64,000 nt of DNA from Eledone cirrhosa (taxonomy: Eukaryota), in assembly GCA_964016885.1 (NCBI GenBank), contig OZ024760.1:18476001-18540000 (forward strand), in the 5' to 3' direction. Made by a program: the position numbers and the translations under genes. Numbering within the stretch: position 1 is the first letter of the stretch; the number at the start of each line of letters is the position of its first letter. Below are positions 26,109 through 39,010 of the stretch, one piece after another. The notes under the pieces were generated by a model, which did not search any database, had not been told where the DNA came from, and saw nothing but the letters and a program-made list of their open reading frames with translations.

Positions 26109-29100
26109 AAAAATCTATATGAAATGTGTGTTTGTGAAAAGTCAAAAAAAAATTCTATATGAAACGAGTGTTTTTGAAAGTGTCAAAAAAAATTCTATAT
26201 GAAATGAGTGTTTTTGAAAGTGTCAAAAGAAATTCTATATGAAATGTGTGTTTTTGAAAAGTCGAAAAAAAATTCTATATGAAATGAGTGTTTTTGAAAA
26301 GTCGAAAAAAAATTCTATATGAAATGAGTGTTTTTGAAAGTGTCAAAAAAAATTCCATATGAAATGTGTGTTTTTGAAAAGTCGAAAAAAAATTCTATAT
26401 GAAATGTGTGTTTTTGAAAGTGTCAAAAAAAATTCTATATGAAATGTGTGTTTTTGAAAGTGTCAAAAAAAATTCTATATGAAATGTGTGTTTCTGAAAA
26501 GTCGAAAAAAAATTCTATATGAAATGAGTGTTTTTGAAAGTGTCAAAAAAAATTCTATATGAAATGTGTGTTTTTGAAAAGTCGAAAAAAAATTCTATAT
26601 GAAATGAGTGTTTTTGAAAAGTCGAAAAAAAATTCTATATGAAATGTGTGTTTTTGAAAAGTCGAAAAAAAATTCTATATGAAATGAGTGTTTTTGAAAG
26701 TGTCAAAAAAAATTCTATATGAAATGTGTGTTTTTGAAAAGTCGAAAAAAAATTCTATATGAAACGTGTGTTTTTGAAAAGTCGAAAAAAAATTCTATAT
26801 GAAATGTGTGTTTTTGAAAGTGTCAAAAAAAATTCTATATGAAATGTGTGTTTCTGAAAAGTCGAAAAAAAATTCTATATGAAATGAGTGTTTTTGAAAG
26901 TGTCAAAAAAAATTCTATATGAAATGTGTGTTTTTGAAAAGTCGAAAAAAAATTCTATATGAAATGAGTGTTTTTGTAAAGTCGAAAAAAAATTCTATAT
27001 GAAATGTGTGTTTTTGAAAAGTCGAAAAAAAATTCTATATGAAATGAGTGTTTTTGAAAGTGTCAAAAAAAATTCTATATGAAATGTGTGTTTTTGAAAA
27101 GTCGAAAAAAAATTCTATATGAAACGTGTGTTTTTGAAAAGTCGAAAAAAAATTCTATATGAAATGTGTGTTTTTGAAAGTGTCAAAAAAAATTCTATAT
27201 GAAATGTGTGTTTTTGAAAGTGTCAAAAAAAATTCTATATGAAATGTGTGTTTCTGAAAAGTCGAAAAAAAATTCTATATGAAATGAGTGTTTTTGAAAG
27301 TGTCAAAAAAAATTCTATATGAAATGAGTGTTTTTGAAAGTGTCAAAAAAAATTCTATATGAAATGTGTGTTTTTGAAAAGTCGAAAAAAAATTCTATAT
27401 GAAATGAGTGTTTTTGAAAAGTCGAAAAAAAATTCTATATGAAATGAGTGTTTTTGAAAGTGTCAAAAAAAATTCCATATGAAATGTGTGTTTTTGAAAA
27501 GTCGAAAAAAAATTCTATATGAAATGTGTGTTTTTGAAAGTGTCAAAAAAAATTCTATATGAAATGTGTGTTTTTGAAAGTGTCAAAAAAAATTCTATAT
27601 GAAATGTGTGTTTCTGAAAAGTCGAAAAAAAATTCTATATGAAATGAGTGTTTTTGAAAGTGTCAAAAAAAATTCTATATGAAATGTGTGTTTTTGAAAA
27701 GTCGAAAAAAAATTCTATATGAAATGAGTGTTTTTGAAAAGTCGAAAAAAAATTCTATATGAAATGTGTGTTTTTGAAAAGTCGAAAAAAAATTCTATAT
27801 GAAATGAGTGTTTTTGAAAGTGTCAAAAAAAATTCTATATGAAATGTGTGTTTTTGAAAAGTCGAAAAAAAATTCTATATGAAACGTGTGTTTTTGAAAA
27901 GTCGAAAAAAAATTCTATATGAAATGTGTGTTTTTGAAAGTGTCAAAAAAAATTCTATATGAAATGTGTGTTTCTGAAAAGTCGAAAAAAAATTCTATAT
28001 GAAATGAGTGTTTTTGAAAGTGTCAAAAAAAATTCTATATGAAATGTGTGTTTTTGAAAAGTCGAAAAAAAATTCTATATGAAATGAGTGTTTTTGTAAA
28101 GTCGAAAAAAAATTCTATATGAAATGTGTGTTTTTGAAAAGTCGAAAAAAAATTCTATATGAAATGAGTGTTTTTGAAAGTGTCAAAAAAAATTCTATAT
28201 GAAATGTGTGTTTTTGAAAAGTCGAAAAAAAATTCTATATGAAACGTGTGTTTTTGAAAAGTCGAAAAAAAATTCTATATGAAATGTGTGTTTTTGAAAG
28301 TGTCAAAAAAAATTCTATATGAAATGTGTGTTTTTGAAAGTGTCAAAAAAAATTCTATATGAAATGTGTGTTTCTGAAAAGTCGAAAAAAAATTCTATAT
28401 GAAATGAGTGTTTTTGAAAGTGTCAAAAAAAATTCTATATGAAATGAGTGTTTTTGAAAGTGTCAAAAAAAATTCTATATGAAATGTGTGTTTTTGAAAA
28501 GTCGAAAAAAAATTCTATATGAAACGTGTGTTTTTGAAAAGTCGAAAAAAAATTCTATATGAAATGTGTGTTTTTGAAAGTGTCAAAAAAAATTCTATAT
28601 GAAATGTGTGTTTTTGAAAGTGTCAAAAAAAATTCTATATGAAATGTGTGTTTCTGAAAAGTCGAAAAAAAATTCTATATGAAATGAGTGTTTTTGAAAG
28701 TGTCAAAAAAAATTCTATATGAAATGTGTGTTTTTGAAAAGTCGAAAAAAAATTCTATATGAAATGAGTGTTTTTGAAAAGTCGAAAAAAAATTCTATAT
28801 GAAATGTGTGTTTTTGAAAAGTCGAAAAAAAATTCTATATGAAATGAGTGTTTTTGAAAGTGTCAAAAAAAATTCTATATGAAATGTGTGTTTTTGAAAA
28901 GTCGAAAAAAAATTCTATATGAAACGTGTGTTTTTGAAAAGTCGAAAAAAAATTCTATATGAAATGTGTGTTTTTGAAAGTGTCAAAAAAAATTCTATAT
29001 GAAACGTGTGTTTTTGAAAAGTCGAAAAAAAATTCCATATGAAATGTGTGTTTTTGAAAAGTCGAAAAAAAATTCTATATGAAATGAGTGTTTTTGAAAG

Positions 29101-31938
29101 TGTCAAAAAAAATTCTATATGAAATGTGTGTTTTTGAAAAGTCGAAAAAAAATTCTATATGAAATGTGTGTTTTTGAAAAGTCGAAAAAAAATTCTATAT
29201 GAAATGAGTGTTTTTGAAAAGTCGAAAAAAAATTCTATATGAAATGTGTGTTTTTGAAAAGTCGAAAAAAAATTCTATATGAAATGAGTGTTTTTGAAAG
29301 TGTCAAAAAAAATTCTATATGAAATGTGTGTTTTTGAAAAGTCGAAAAAAAATTCTATATGAAACGTGTGTTTTTGAAAAGTCGAAAAAAAATTCTATAT
29401 GAAACGAGTGTTTTTGAAAGTGTCAAAAAAAATTCTATATGAAATGAGTGTTTTTGAAAGTGTCAAAAGAAATTCTATATGAAATGTGTGTTTTTGAAAA
29501 GTCGAAAAAAAATTCTATATGAAATGAGTGTTTTTGAAAAGTCGAAAAAAAATTCTATATGAAATGAGTGTTTTTGAAAGTGTCAAAAAAAATTCCATAT
29601 GAAATGTGTGTTTTTGAAAAGTCGAAAAAAAATTCTATATGAAATGTGTGTTTTTGAAAGTGTCAAAAAAAATTCTATATGAAATGTGTGTTTTTGAAAG
29701 TGTCAAAAAAAATTCTATATGAAATGTGTGTTTTTGAAAAGTCGAAAAAAAATTCTATATGAAATGAGTGTTTTTGAAAAGTCGAAAAAAAATTCTATAT
29801 GAAATGTGTGTTTTTGAAAAGTCGAAAAAAAATTCTATATGAAATGAGTGTTTTTGAAAGTGTCAAAAAAAATTCTATATGAAATGTGTGTTTTTGAAAA
29901 GTCGAAAAAAAATTCTATATGAAACGTGTGTTTTTGAAAAGTCGAAAAAAAATTCTATATGAAATGTGTGTTTTTGAAAGTGTCAAAAAAAATTCTATAT
30001 GAAATGTGTGTTTCTGAAAAGTCGAAAAAAAATTCTATATGAAATGAGTGTTTTTGAAAGTGTCAAAAAAAATTCTATATGAAATGTGTGTTTTTGAAAA
30101 GTCGAAAAAAAATTCTATATGAAATGAGTGTTTTTGAAAAGTCGAAAAAAAATTCTATATGAAATGTGTGTTTTTGAAAAGTCGAAAAAAAATTCTATAT
30201 GAAATGAGTGTTTTTGAAAGTGTCAAAAAAAATTCTATATGAAATGTGTGTTTTTGAAAAGTCGAAAAAAAATTCTATATGAAACGTGTGTTTTTGAAAA
30301 GTCGAAAAAAAATTCTATATGAAATGTGTGTTTTTGAAAGTGTCAAAAAAAATTCTATATGAAATGTGTGTTTTTGAAAGTGTCAAAAAAAATTCTATAT
30401 GAAATGTGTGTTTCTGAAAAGTCGAAAAAAAATTCTATATGAAATGAGTGTTTTTGAAAGTGTCAAAAAAAATTCTATATGAAATGAGTGTTTTTGAAAG
30501 TGTCAAAAAAAATTCTATATGAAATGTGTGTTTTTGAAAAGTCGAAAAAAAATTCTATATGAAACGTGTGTTTTTGAAAAGTCGAAAAAAAATTCTATAT
30601 GAAATGTGTGTTTTTGAAAGTGTCAAAAAAAATTCTATATGAAATGTGTGTTTTTGAAAGTGTCAAAAAAAATTCTATATGAAATGTGTGTTTCTGAAAA
30701 GTCGAAAAAAAATTCTATATGAAATGAGTGTTTTTGAAAGTGTCAAAAAAAATTCTATATGAAATGTGTGTTTTTGAAAAGTCGAAAAAAAATTCTATAT
30801 GAAACGTGTGTTTTTGAAAAGTCGAAAAAAAATTCTATATGAAATGTGTGTTTTTGAAAGTGTCAAAAAAAATTCTATATGAAACGTGTGTTTTTGAAAA
30901 GTCGAAAAAAAATTCCATATGAAATGTGTGTTTTTGAAAAGTCGAAAAAAAATTCTATATGAAATGAGTGTTTTTGAAAAGTCGAAAAAAAATTCTATAT
31001 GAAATGTGTGTTTTTGAAAAGTCGAAAAAAAATTCTATATGAAATGAGTGTTTTTGAAAAGTCGAAAAAAAATTCTATATGAAATGTGTGTTTTTGAAAA
31101 GTCGAAAAAAAATTCTATATGAAATGAGTGTTTTTGAAAGTGTCAAAAAAAATTCTATATGAAATGTGTGTTTTTGAAAAGTCGAAAAAAAATTCTATAT
31201 GAAATGTGTGTTTTTGAAAAGTCGAAAAAAAATTCTATATGAAATGAGTGTTTTTGAAAAGTCGAAAAAAAATTCTATATGAAATGTGTGTTTTTGAAAA
31301 GTCGAAAAAAAATTCTATATGAAATGAGTGTTTTTGAAAGTGTCAAAAAAAATTCTATATGAAATGTGTGTTTTTGAAAAGTCGAAAAAAAATTCTATAT
31401 GAAACGTGTGTTTTTGAAAAGTCGAAAAAAAATTCTATATGAAATGTGTGTTTTTGAAAGTGTCAAAAAAAATTCTATATGAAATGTGTGTTTCTGAAAA
31501 GTCGAAAAAAAATTCTATATGAAATGAGTGTTTTTGAAAAGTCGAAAAAAAATTCTATATGAAATGTGTGTTTTTGAAAGTGTCAAAAAAAATTCCATAT
31601 GAAATGTGTGTTTTTGAAAAGTCGAAAAAAAATTCTATATGAAATGAGTGTTTCTGAAAGTGTCAAAAAAAATTCTATATGAAATGTGTGTTTTTGAAAA
31701 GTCGAAAAAAAATTCTATATGAAACGTGTGTTTTTGAAAAGTCGAAAAAAAATTCTATATGAAACGTGTGTTTTTGAAAAGTCGAAAAAAAATTCTATAT
31801 GAAATGTGTGTTTTTGAAAGTGTCAAAAAAAATTCTATATGAAACGTGTGTTTTTGAAAAGTCGAAAAAAAATTCTAAATGAAATGAGTGCTTTTGAAAA
31901 GTCGAAAAAAAAAAAATATATGAAATGTGTATTTTTGA
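26105..31938. repeat. 40-bp satellite array, about 146 monomers
   Basis: aaaaaaaattctatatgaaatgtgtgtttttgaaaagtcg / ...gaaagtgtc variants in exact 40-bp register. Confidence 0.98.
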
Positions 31939-34208
31939 ATATTAAATGTGCAAATTTCGAAATTTATATTCTATACAGAAAAGTCGAGAAATCTAAATCA
32001 ATTTGTAAAATCAAAATGAATTCTTAAAATCAAGGGAGGTAAAAATCCAAGGGGAGATAATCGAAATTTTTTTTAGCAAAAAAATTCTCCGAGGTGGTCT
32101 GGGACGGGCCAGTAATCTAAGTACCGGCCCAGACAGTCCCAGGCCCTTTTAGCAGTCGCACGCCACTACGAAACGAACGTCAGTCACTGGGACTGGCGAT
32201 ACGAGACGCAGCTCGCGCGCCACCTCGAAGGCCGCAATTCTACTGAGTTCCAAACACATACTTATGGGTACTTTTCACAATTTTTGTTTAAAAAAAAATA
32301 AACGAAACGAAGGGAGGTAATTTGGGGTTCTGAGTAGAGATATTTTTACAAGGAAATTATTAGCGCATTGGTGGTATTGTGACGATGAGGGATTCGACCT
32401 CTGAACCTTTTTTTCTCTATAAATTATGAAATTATATTCATTAAATAAAAACATCGTCCAACGCACTAACAATTTCCTTATGAAAATCTCTATTCAGAAC
32501 GAATTACCTCCATTCATTTCGTTTATATTTTTTTCTCCAATGAATAATTAAAATTAAAGATTACTTACCTCCGTACTGACACCAGGACCGCTACATTTAT
32601 TAGGAAGACACATATAGACATATACAATTTCCTTATGAAAATCTCTATTCAGAACGAATTACCTCCATTCATTTCGTTTATATCTTTTTCTCCAATGAAT
32701 AATTAAAGATTACTGACGCTACATTTATTAGGACCGCTACATTTATTAGGAAGACACATATACTCTTTGCTTAAACTTTAATAAGTATTTGCTCAACGGT
32801 TTTATATATATTATCCTTATGAAAATCTCTATTCCGAACGAATTACCTCGTTTATATTTTTTTCTCCAATGAATCGCTGGGCAAGAGACCCCAAACTAAG
32901 AATGTTCTATGTTTTGTAGGTTAAAAGTAAAAGCGAAATCTAGTTAACACCGATCAACAGTTTACCTCTGATTATAAAATACGAGGATATATTATTTACT
33001 AATCTAAAGAATAAACTATTTGTGGGGGAGGTGTGTTGTATTACATTTGAATGTAAGGTGTAACAGAAGCTAAACAAAACTATTTTGTATTTTATTATAT
33101 ATACATTTAAATAGAGGAAACAAGAAAACCTTTTCCTAGGAAGGTAACACTAAAGAATGTAGATGAAGTGTCTACAACTATGTAAATCTCTAAAGGGGGG
33201 AACTGTAAATGAAGTTTCTGAAAAAAAGAAACTAACACTGTGTGAGAGGTGTGTTGTATTAGATTAGAATGTAGAGGTGTGACAGAAGCTAAACAAAACT
33301 AACGTTTAAATAATTATTTCTGACATTATGGAGGGAGATAAACAGAAATTGTTTTAATAAAAGTGATCAACATAAAATAAAGCTTTACTTTACCTCCATA
33401 AAATTAGTAAAATCCAAATTTTTAACGTTTTTTTATTCACGTTCTTCCGATGTTTGGAACACTATTTGTATGTCTAGTCGTTTTTTTAGTTTTAAAGTGG
33501 GTGAAGATGTGCCAGAAAGCCACAGTAAAGAAAATACACATGAACACAATATCCAAAATGTGAGTGTTATTGACATAAAGTGTGTATAGAGAGATTGTGC
33601 TAGTGTACAGCAATGAAAACAGTATCCAAAATGGGAAGAGTTCCATAAAGAGGAAGTAACTCTAATCAAATTTAGAGCAAAAAGTATTACTCGCAAAAAG
33701 CATTACTCAGCCTGCCACCGCAGTGATTCGATCTTCAGACACATGGAATGGTCACGCCATACATAAGTAGGCGATAAAGTCCGAACCGCTACGCGTATCG
33801 CCACGTAATGGGACAATGTTATTTAGTAAAATATAGTCATACTTATAGGTAAAATTTTACATATTATATACTAGTTGTGTTAATATTTTGACGAAAGAAA
33901 TCAGCGTCGAGACATATAAACGTCTCTTGTCTTCGAAAGAAATACTGACTGTCTAAAACCTCCTTCGGAATATATTTTAGTACAGGAATTAACTCTTTCA
34001 AAGACAATAAGTCATATTTTTCTTATTAAACGAACGTAACTCTTTCAACAGAGGGGAGAGTTTTTTTTGTTTTTTATTCAAGGGAGGTAACTCTTTAAAA
34101 ACATGAGTTGTCTCCCTTTAATATGAAAAAGAAACTAAGATTCTAAATGAAGTGTCTAAAAGGAAACTAAGAATCTAAATGAAGTGTCTAAAAAAAGAAA
34201 CTAAGATT

Positions 34209-34918
34209 TGCCAGCTGCAAAAGGCTTCTCGCTCAGAATGAAAGGCAGACTGTATGATGCGTGTATCCGAACAGCGATGTTGCATGGTAGCGAGACCTGG
34301 GCGCTGAAGGTGGAAGACTTACGTAGATTAGAGAGAAACGAAGCCTGCATGCTGCGATGGATGTGTAACAATAATATACGTGAACGACAAAGTATAAATG
34401 AATTGAGAGAGAGACTGAGCATAAGAGGAATCAAATGCTGTGTGCAGGGGAGGCGGTTGCACTGGTATGGACATGTGATGCGTATGAAGGATGACAGCTG
34501 CATAAAAAGGTGCAGAGCACTAGAAGTTGATGGAAACCGCGGAGTGGGGAGACCCAAGATGACCTGGGATGAGGTGATAAAAGCCGACCTTACCCAATTA
34601 CACCTCTCAAAGACAATGACACACGACCGTGACTTCTGGCGTCACGCAGTAATACAGAGTACCCGACCTCCCATGGGTACAAGCTGAAGCATATAGACAA
34701 TATGCCCACACTGTAAAGTGGACGTGTAGGCGCCACGAAAAAGCACCCAGCACTCACTGTAAATGAGGTTGGTGTTAGGAAGGGCATCCAGCTGTAGAAA
34801 TCAAGCCAAATCAGTTCCTGTATGAGCAAGGCATGGTAAGCCAACCAGACACTGCCCACAACAGGACAACCCGTCTAACCCATGCTAGCGTGGAAGAACG
34901 GACGTAAAACGGTGATGA
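34209..34918 (+). mobile_element. 5'-truncated RTE LINE, copy 1
   Basis: Uninterrupted 159-aa RTE ORF C-terminus, 3' UTR, gat tail; inserted into a 31-34-bp repeat at gatt. Confidence 0.92.
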
Positions 34919-35782
34919 TTCTAAATGAAGTGTCTAAAAAGAAACTAAGAATCTAAATGAAGTGTCTAAAAAAAAAATTCTATATGAAGCGTGTTTTTGA
35001 CGTTTTTTATTCACGTTCTTCCGATGTTTGGAACACTATTTGTATGTCTAGTCGTTTTTTTAGTTTTAAAGTGGGTGAAGATGTGCCAGAAAGCCACAGT
35101 AAAGAAAATACACATGAACACAATATCCAAAATGTGAGTGTTATTGACATAAAGTGTGTATAGAGAGATTGTGCTAGTGTACAGCAATGAAAACAGTATC
35201 CAAAATGGGAAGAGTTCCATAAAGAGGAAGTAACTCTAATCAAATTTAGAGCAAAAAGTATTACTCGCAAAAAGCATTACTCAGCCTGCCACCGCAGTGA
35301 TTCGATCTTCAGACACATGGAATGGTCACGCCATACATAAGTAGGCGATAAAGTCCGAACCGCTACGCGTATCGCCACGTAATGGGACAATGTTATTTAG
35401 TAAAATATAGTCATACTTATAGGTAAAATTTTACATATTATATACTAGTTGTGTTAATATTTTGACGAAAGAAATCAGCGTCGAGACATATAAACGTCTC
35501 TTGTCTTCGAAAGAAATACTGACTGTCTAAAACCTCCTTCGGAATATATTTTAGTACAGGAATTAACTCTTTCAAAGACAATAAGTCATATTTTTCTTAT
35601 TAAACGAACGTAACTCTTTCAACAGAGGGGAGAGTTTTTTTTGTTTTTTATTCAAGGGAGGTAACTCTTTAAAAACATGAGTTGTCTCCCTTTAATATGA
35701 AAAAGAAACTAAGATTCTAAATGAAGTGTCTAAAAGGAAACTAAGAATCTAAATGAAGTGTCTAAAAAAAGAAACTAAGATT

Positions 35783-36492
35783 TGCCAGCTGCAAAAGGCT
35801 TCTCGCTCAGAATGAAAGGCAGACTGTATGATGCGTGTATCCGAACAGCGATGTTGCATGGTAGCGAGACCTGGGCGCTGAAGGTGGAAGACTTACGTAG
35901 ATTAGAGAGAAACGAAGCCTGCATGCTGCGATGGATGTGTAACAATAATATACGTGAACGACAAAGTATAAATGAATTGAGAGAGAGACTGAGCATAAGA
36001 GGAATCAAATGCTGTGTGCAGGGGAGGCGGTTGCACTGGTATGGACATGTGATGCGTATGAAGGATGACAGCTGCATAAAAAGGTGCAGAGCACTAGAAG
36101 TTGATGGAAACCGCGGAGTGGGGAGACCCAAGATGACCTGGGATGAGGTGATAAAAGCCGACCTTACCCAATTACACCTCTCAAAGACAATGACACACGA
36201 CCGTGACTTCTGGCGTCACGCAGTAATACAGAGTACCCGACCTCCCATGGGTACAAGCTGAAGCATATAGACAATATGCCCACACTGTAAAGTGGACGTG
36301 TAGGCGCCACGAAAAAGCACCCAGCACTCACTGTAAATGAGGTTGGTGTTAGGAAGGGCATCCAGCTGTAGAAATCAAGCCAAATCAGTTCCTGTATGAG
36401 CAAGGCATGGTAAGCCAACCAGACACTGCCCACAACAGGACAACCCGTCTAACCCATGCTAGCGTGGAAGAACGGACGTAAAACGGTGATGA
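35783..36492 (+). mobile_element. 5'-truncated RTE LINE, copy 2
   Basis: Same sequence and junctions as copy 1. Confidence 0.92.
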
Positions 36493-37356
36493 TTCTAAAT
36501 GAAGTGTCTAAAAAGAAACTAAGAATCTAAATGAAGTGTCTAAAAAAAAAATTCTATATGAAGCGTGTTTTTGACGTTTTTTATTCACGTTCTTCCGATG
36601 TTTGGAACACTATTTGTATGTCTAGTCGTTTTTTTAGTTTTAAAGTGGGTGAAGATGTGCCAGAAAGCCACAGTAAAGAAAATACACATGAACACAATAT
36701 CCAAAATGTGAGTGTTATTGACATAAAGTGTGTATAGAGAGATTGTGCTAGTGTACAGCAATGAAAACAGTATCCAAAATGGGAAGAGTTCCATAAAGAG
36801 GAAGTAACTCTAATCAAATTTAGAGCAAAAAGTATTACTCGCAAAAAGCATTACTCAGCCTGCCACCGCAGTGATTCGATCTTCAGACACATGGAATGGT
36901 CACGCCATACATAAGTAGGCGATAAAGTCCGAACCGCTACGCGTATCGCCACGTAATGGGACAATGTTATTTAGTAAAATATAGTCATACTTATAGGTAA
37001 AATTTTACATATTATATACTAGTTGTGTTAATATTTTGACGAAAGAAATCAGCGTCGAGACATATAAACGTCTCTTGTCTTCGAAAGAAATACTGACTGT
37101 CTAAAACCTCCTTCGGAATATATTTTAGTACAGGAATTAACTCTTTCAAAGACAATAAGTCATATTTTTCTTATTAAACGAACGTAACTCTTTCAACAGA
37201 GGGGAGAGTTTTTTTTGTTTTTTATTCAAGGGAGGTAACTCTTTAAAAACATGAGTTGTCTCCCTTTAATATGAAAAAGAAACTAAGATTCTAAATGAAG
37301 TGTCTAAAAGGAAACTAAGAATCTAAATGAAGTGTCTAAAAAAAGAAACTAAGATT

Positions 37357-38066
37357 TGCCAGCTGCAAAAGGCTTCTCGCTCAGAATGAAAGGCAGACTG
37401 TATGATGCGTGTATCCGAACAGCGATGTTGCATGGTAGCGAGACCTGGGCGCTGAAGGTGGAAGACTTACGTAGATTAGAGAGAAACGAAGCCTGCATGC
37501 TGCGATGGATGTGTAACAATAATATACGTGAACGACAAAGTATAAATGAATTGAGAGAGAGACTGAGCATAAGAGGAATCAAATGCTGTGTGCAGGGGAG
37601 GCGGTTGCACTGGTATGGACATGTGATGCGTATGAAGGATGACAGCTGCATAAAAAGGTGCAGAGCACTAGAAGTTGATGGAAACCGCGGAGTGGGGAGA
37701 CCCAAGATGACCTGGGATGAGGTGATAAAAGCCGACCTTACCCAATTACACCTCTCAAAGACAATGACACACGACCGTGACTTCTGGCGTCACGCAGTAA
37801 TACAGAGTACCCGACCTCCCATGGGTACAAGCTGAAGCATATAGACAATATGCCCACACTGTAAAGTGGACGTGTAGGCGCCACGAAAAAGCACCCAGCA
37901 CTCACTGTAAATGAGGTTGGTGTTAGGAAGGGCATCCAGCTGTAGAAATCAAGCCAAATCAGTTCCTGTATGAGCAAGGCATGGTAAGCCAACCAGACAC
38001 TGCCCACAACAGGACAACCCGTCTAACCCATGCTAGCGTGGAAGAACGGACGTAAAACGGTGATGA
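37357..38066 (+). mobile_element. 5'-truncated RTE LINE, copy 3
   Basis: Same sequence and junctions as copy 1. Confidence 0.92.
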
Positions 38067-38775
38067 TTCTAAATGAAGTGTCTAAAAAGAAACTAAGAAT
38101 CTAAATGAAGTGTCTAAAAAAAAAATTCTATATGAAGCGTGTTTTTGACGTTTTTTATTCACGTTCTTCCGATGTTTGGAACACTATTTGTATGTCTAGT
38201 CGTTTTTTTAGTTTTAAAGTGGGTGAAGATGTGCCAGAAAGCCACAGTAAAGAAAATACACCTGAACACAATATCCAAAATGTGAGTGTTATTGACATAA
38301 AGTGTGTATAGAGAGATGGTGCTAGTGTACAGCAATGAAAACAGTATCCAAAATGGGAAGAGTTCCATAAAGAGGAAGTAACTCTAATCAAATTTAGAGC
38401 AAAAAGTATTACTCGCAAAAAGCATTACTCAGCCTGCCACCGCAGTGATTCGATCTTCAGACACATGGAATATATTTTGAGGCGTGTAAACTCATTCTCA
38501 TTCCGTTTCTATAAATAAATTTATTTAAAAACTACTAGTATTTTGTACAGAACAATTAATATTTATTTTAAGATGGTAATATATATATGTTACGGACAGA
38601 TCTGTTTCTGGAAATGATAGTGTGCTTTTGAGGGAGAAAGGCATGAGCAGGGAGTTCCATGGAGCCAACATTCTGGGGGTACTGATTGATACATAAACGC
38701 GAGTGTATATATGGGGGCTAGAGGCGTGGGAGTGACCATTAAACTGGCCATAAACAATTTATAGCAGAAAAAAAG

Positions 38776-39010
38776 ATCATCATTTTACGTCCGCTTTTCC
38801 CTCCTCCGTGAGCTTCAGCGATCTGAGATCAGCTCTCACCACTTCCGCCCATGTTTTTCGTGGTCTTTCTTCTAATGGGCTTTCTTGGCACTTCTTTACC
38901 CAGCAGTCATCCTCCATGCGCATCACATGTCCATACCATCTTAGTCTTCTCCCCCACACATTACAACTTATCCCTCTTATACACAGTTTCTCTCTTAACT
39001 CATCCATGCC
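38776..39010 (-). mobile_element. RTE LINE 3' fragment
   Basis: RRLRWYGHVMRMEDDCWVKKC...RPRKTW; related pieces at 45095-45365 and 45755-46060. Confidence 0.8.

Larger units (their letters stand above)
33425..38471. repeat. 1574-bp tandem repeat, 3.2 copies
   Basis: Identical ORFs recur at 1574-bp offsets (34208, 35782, 37356). Confidence 0.97.

Noticed and set aside
26105-31938. CRISPR-like regular array
   Set aside because: Head-to-tail monomers with no unique spacers, no cas genes, eukaryotic context.
33433-33696. Short ORFs in the non-LINE part of the 1574-bp unit
   Set aside because: No recognisable domain or splice structure; they recur only because the unit is duplicated.
34208-34687. 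Triplicated 159-aa protein-coding gene
   Set aside because: C-terminal fragment of an RTE ORF without ATG start or RT core, copied passively with the tandem unit.
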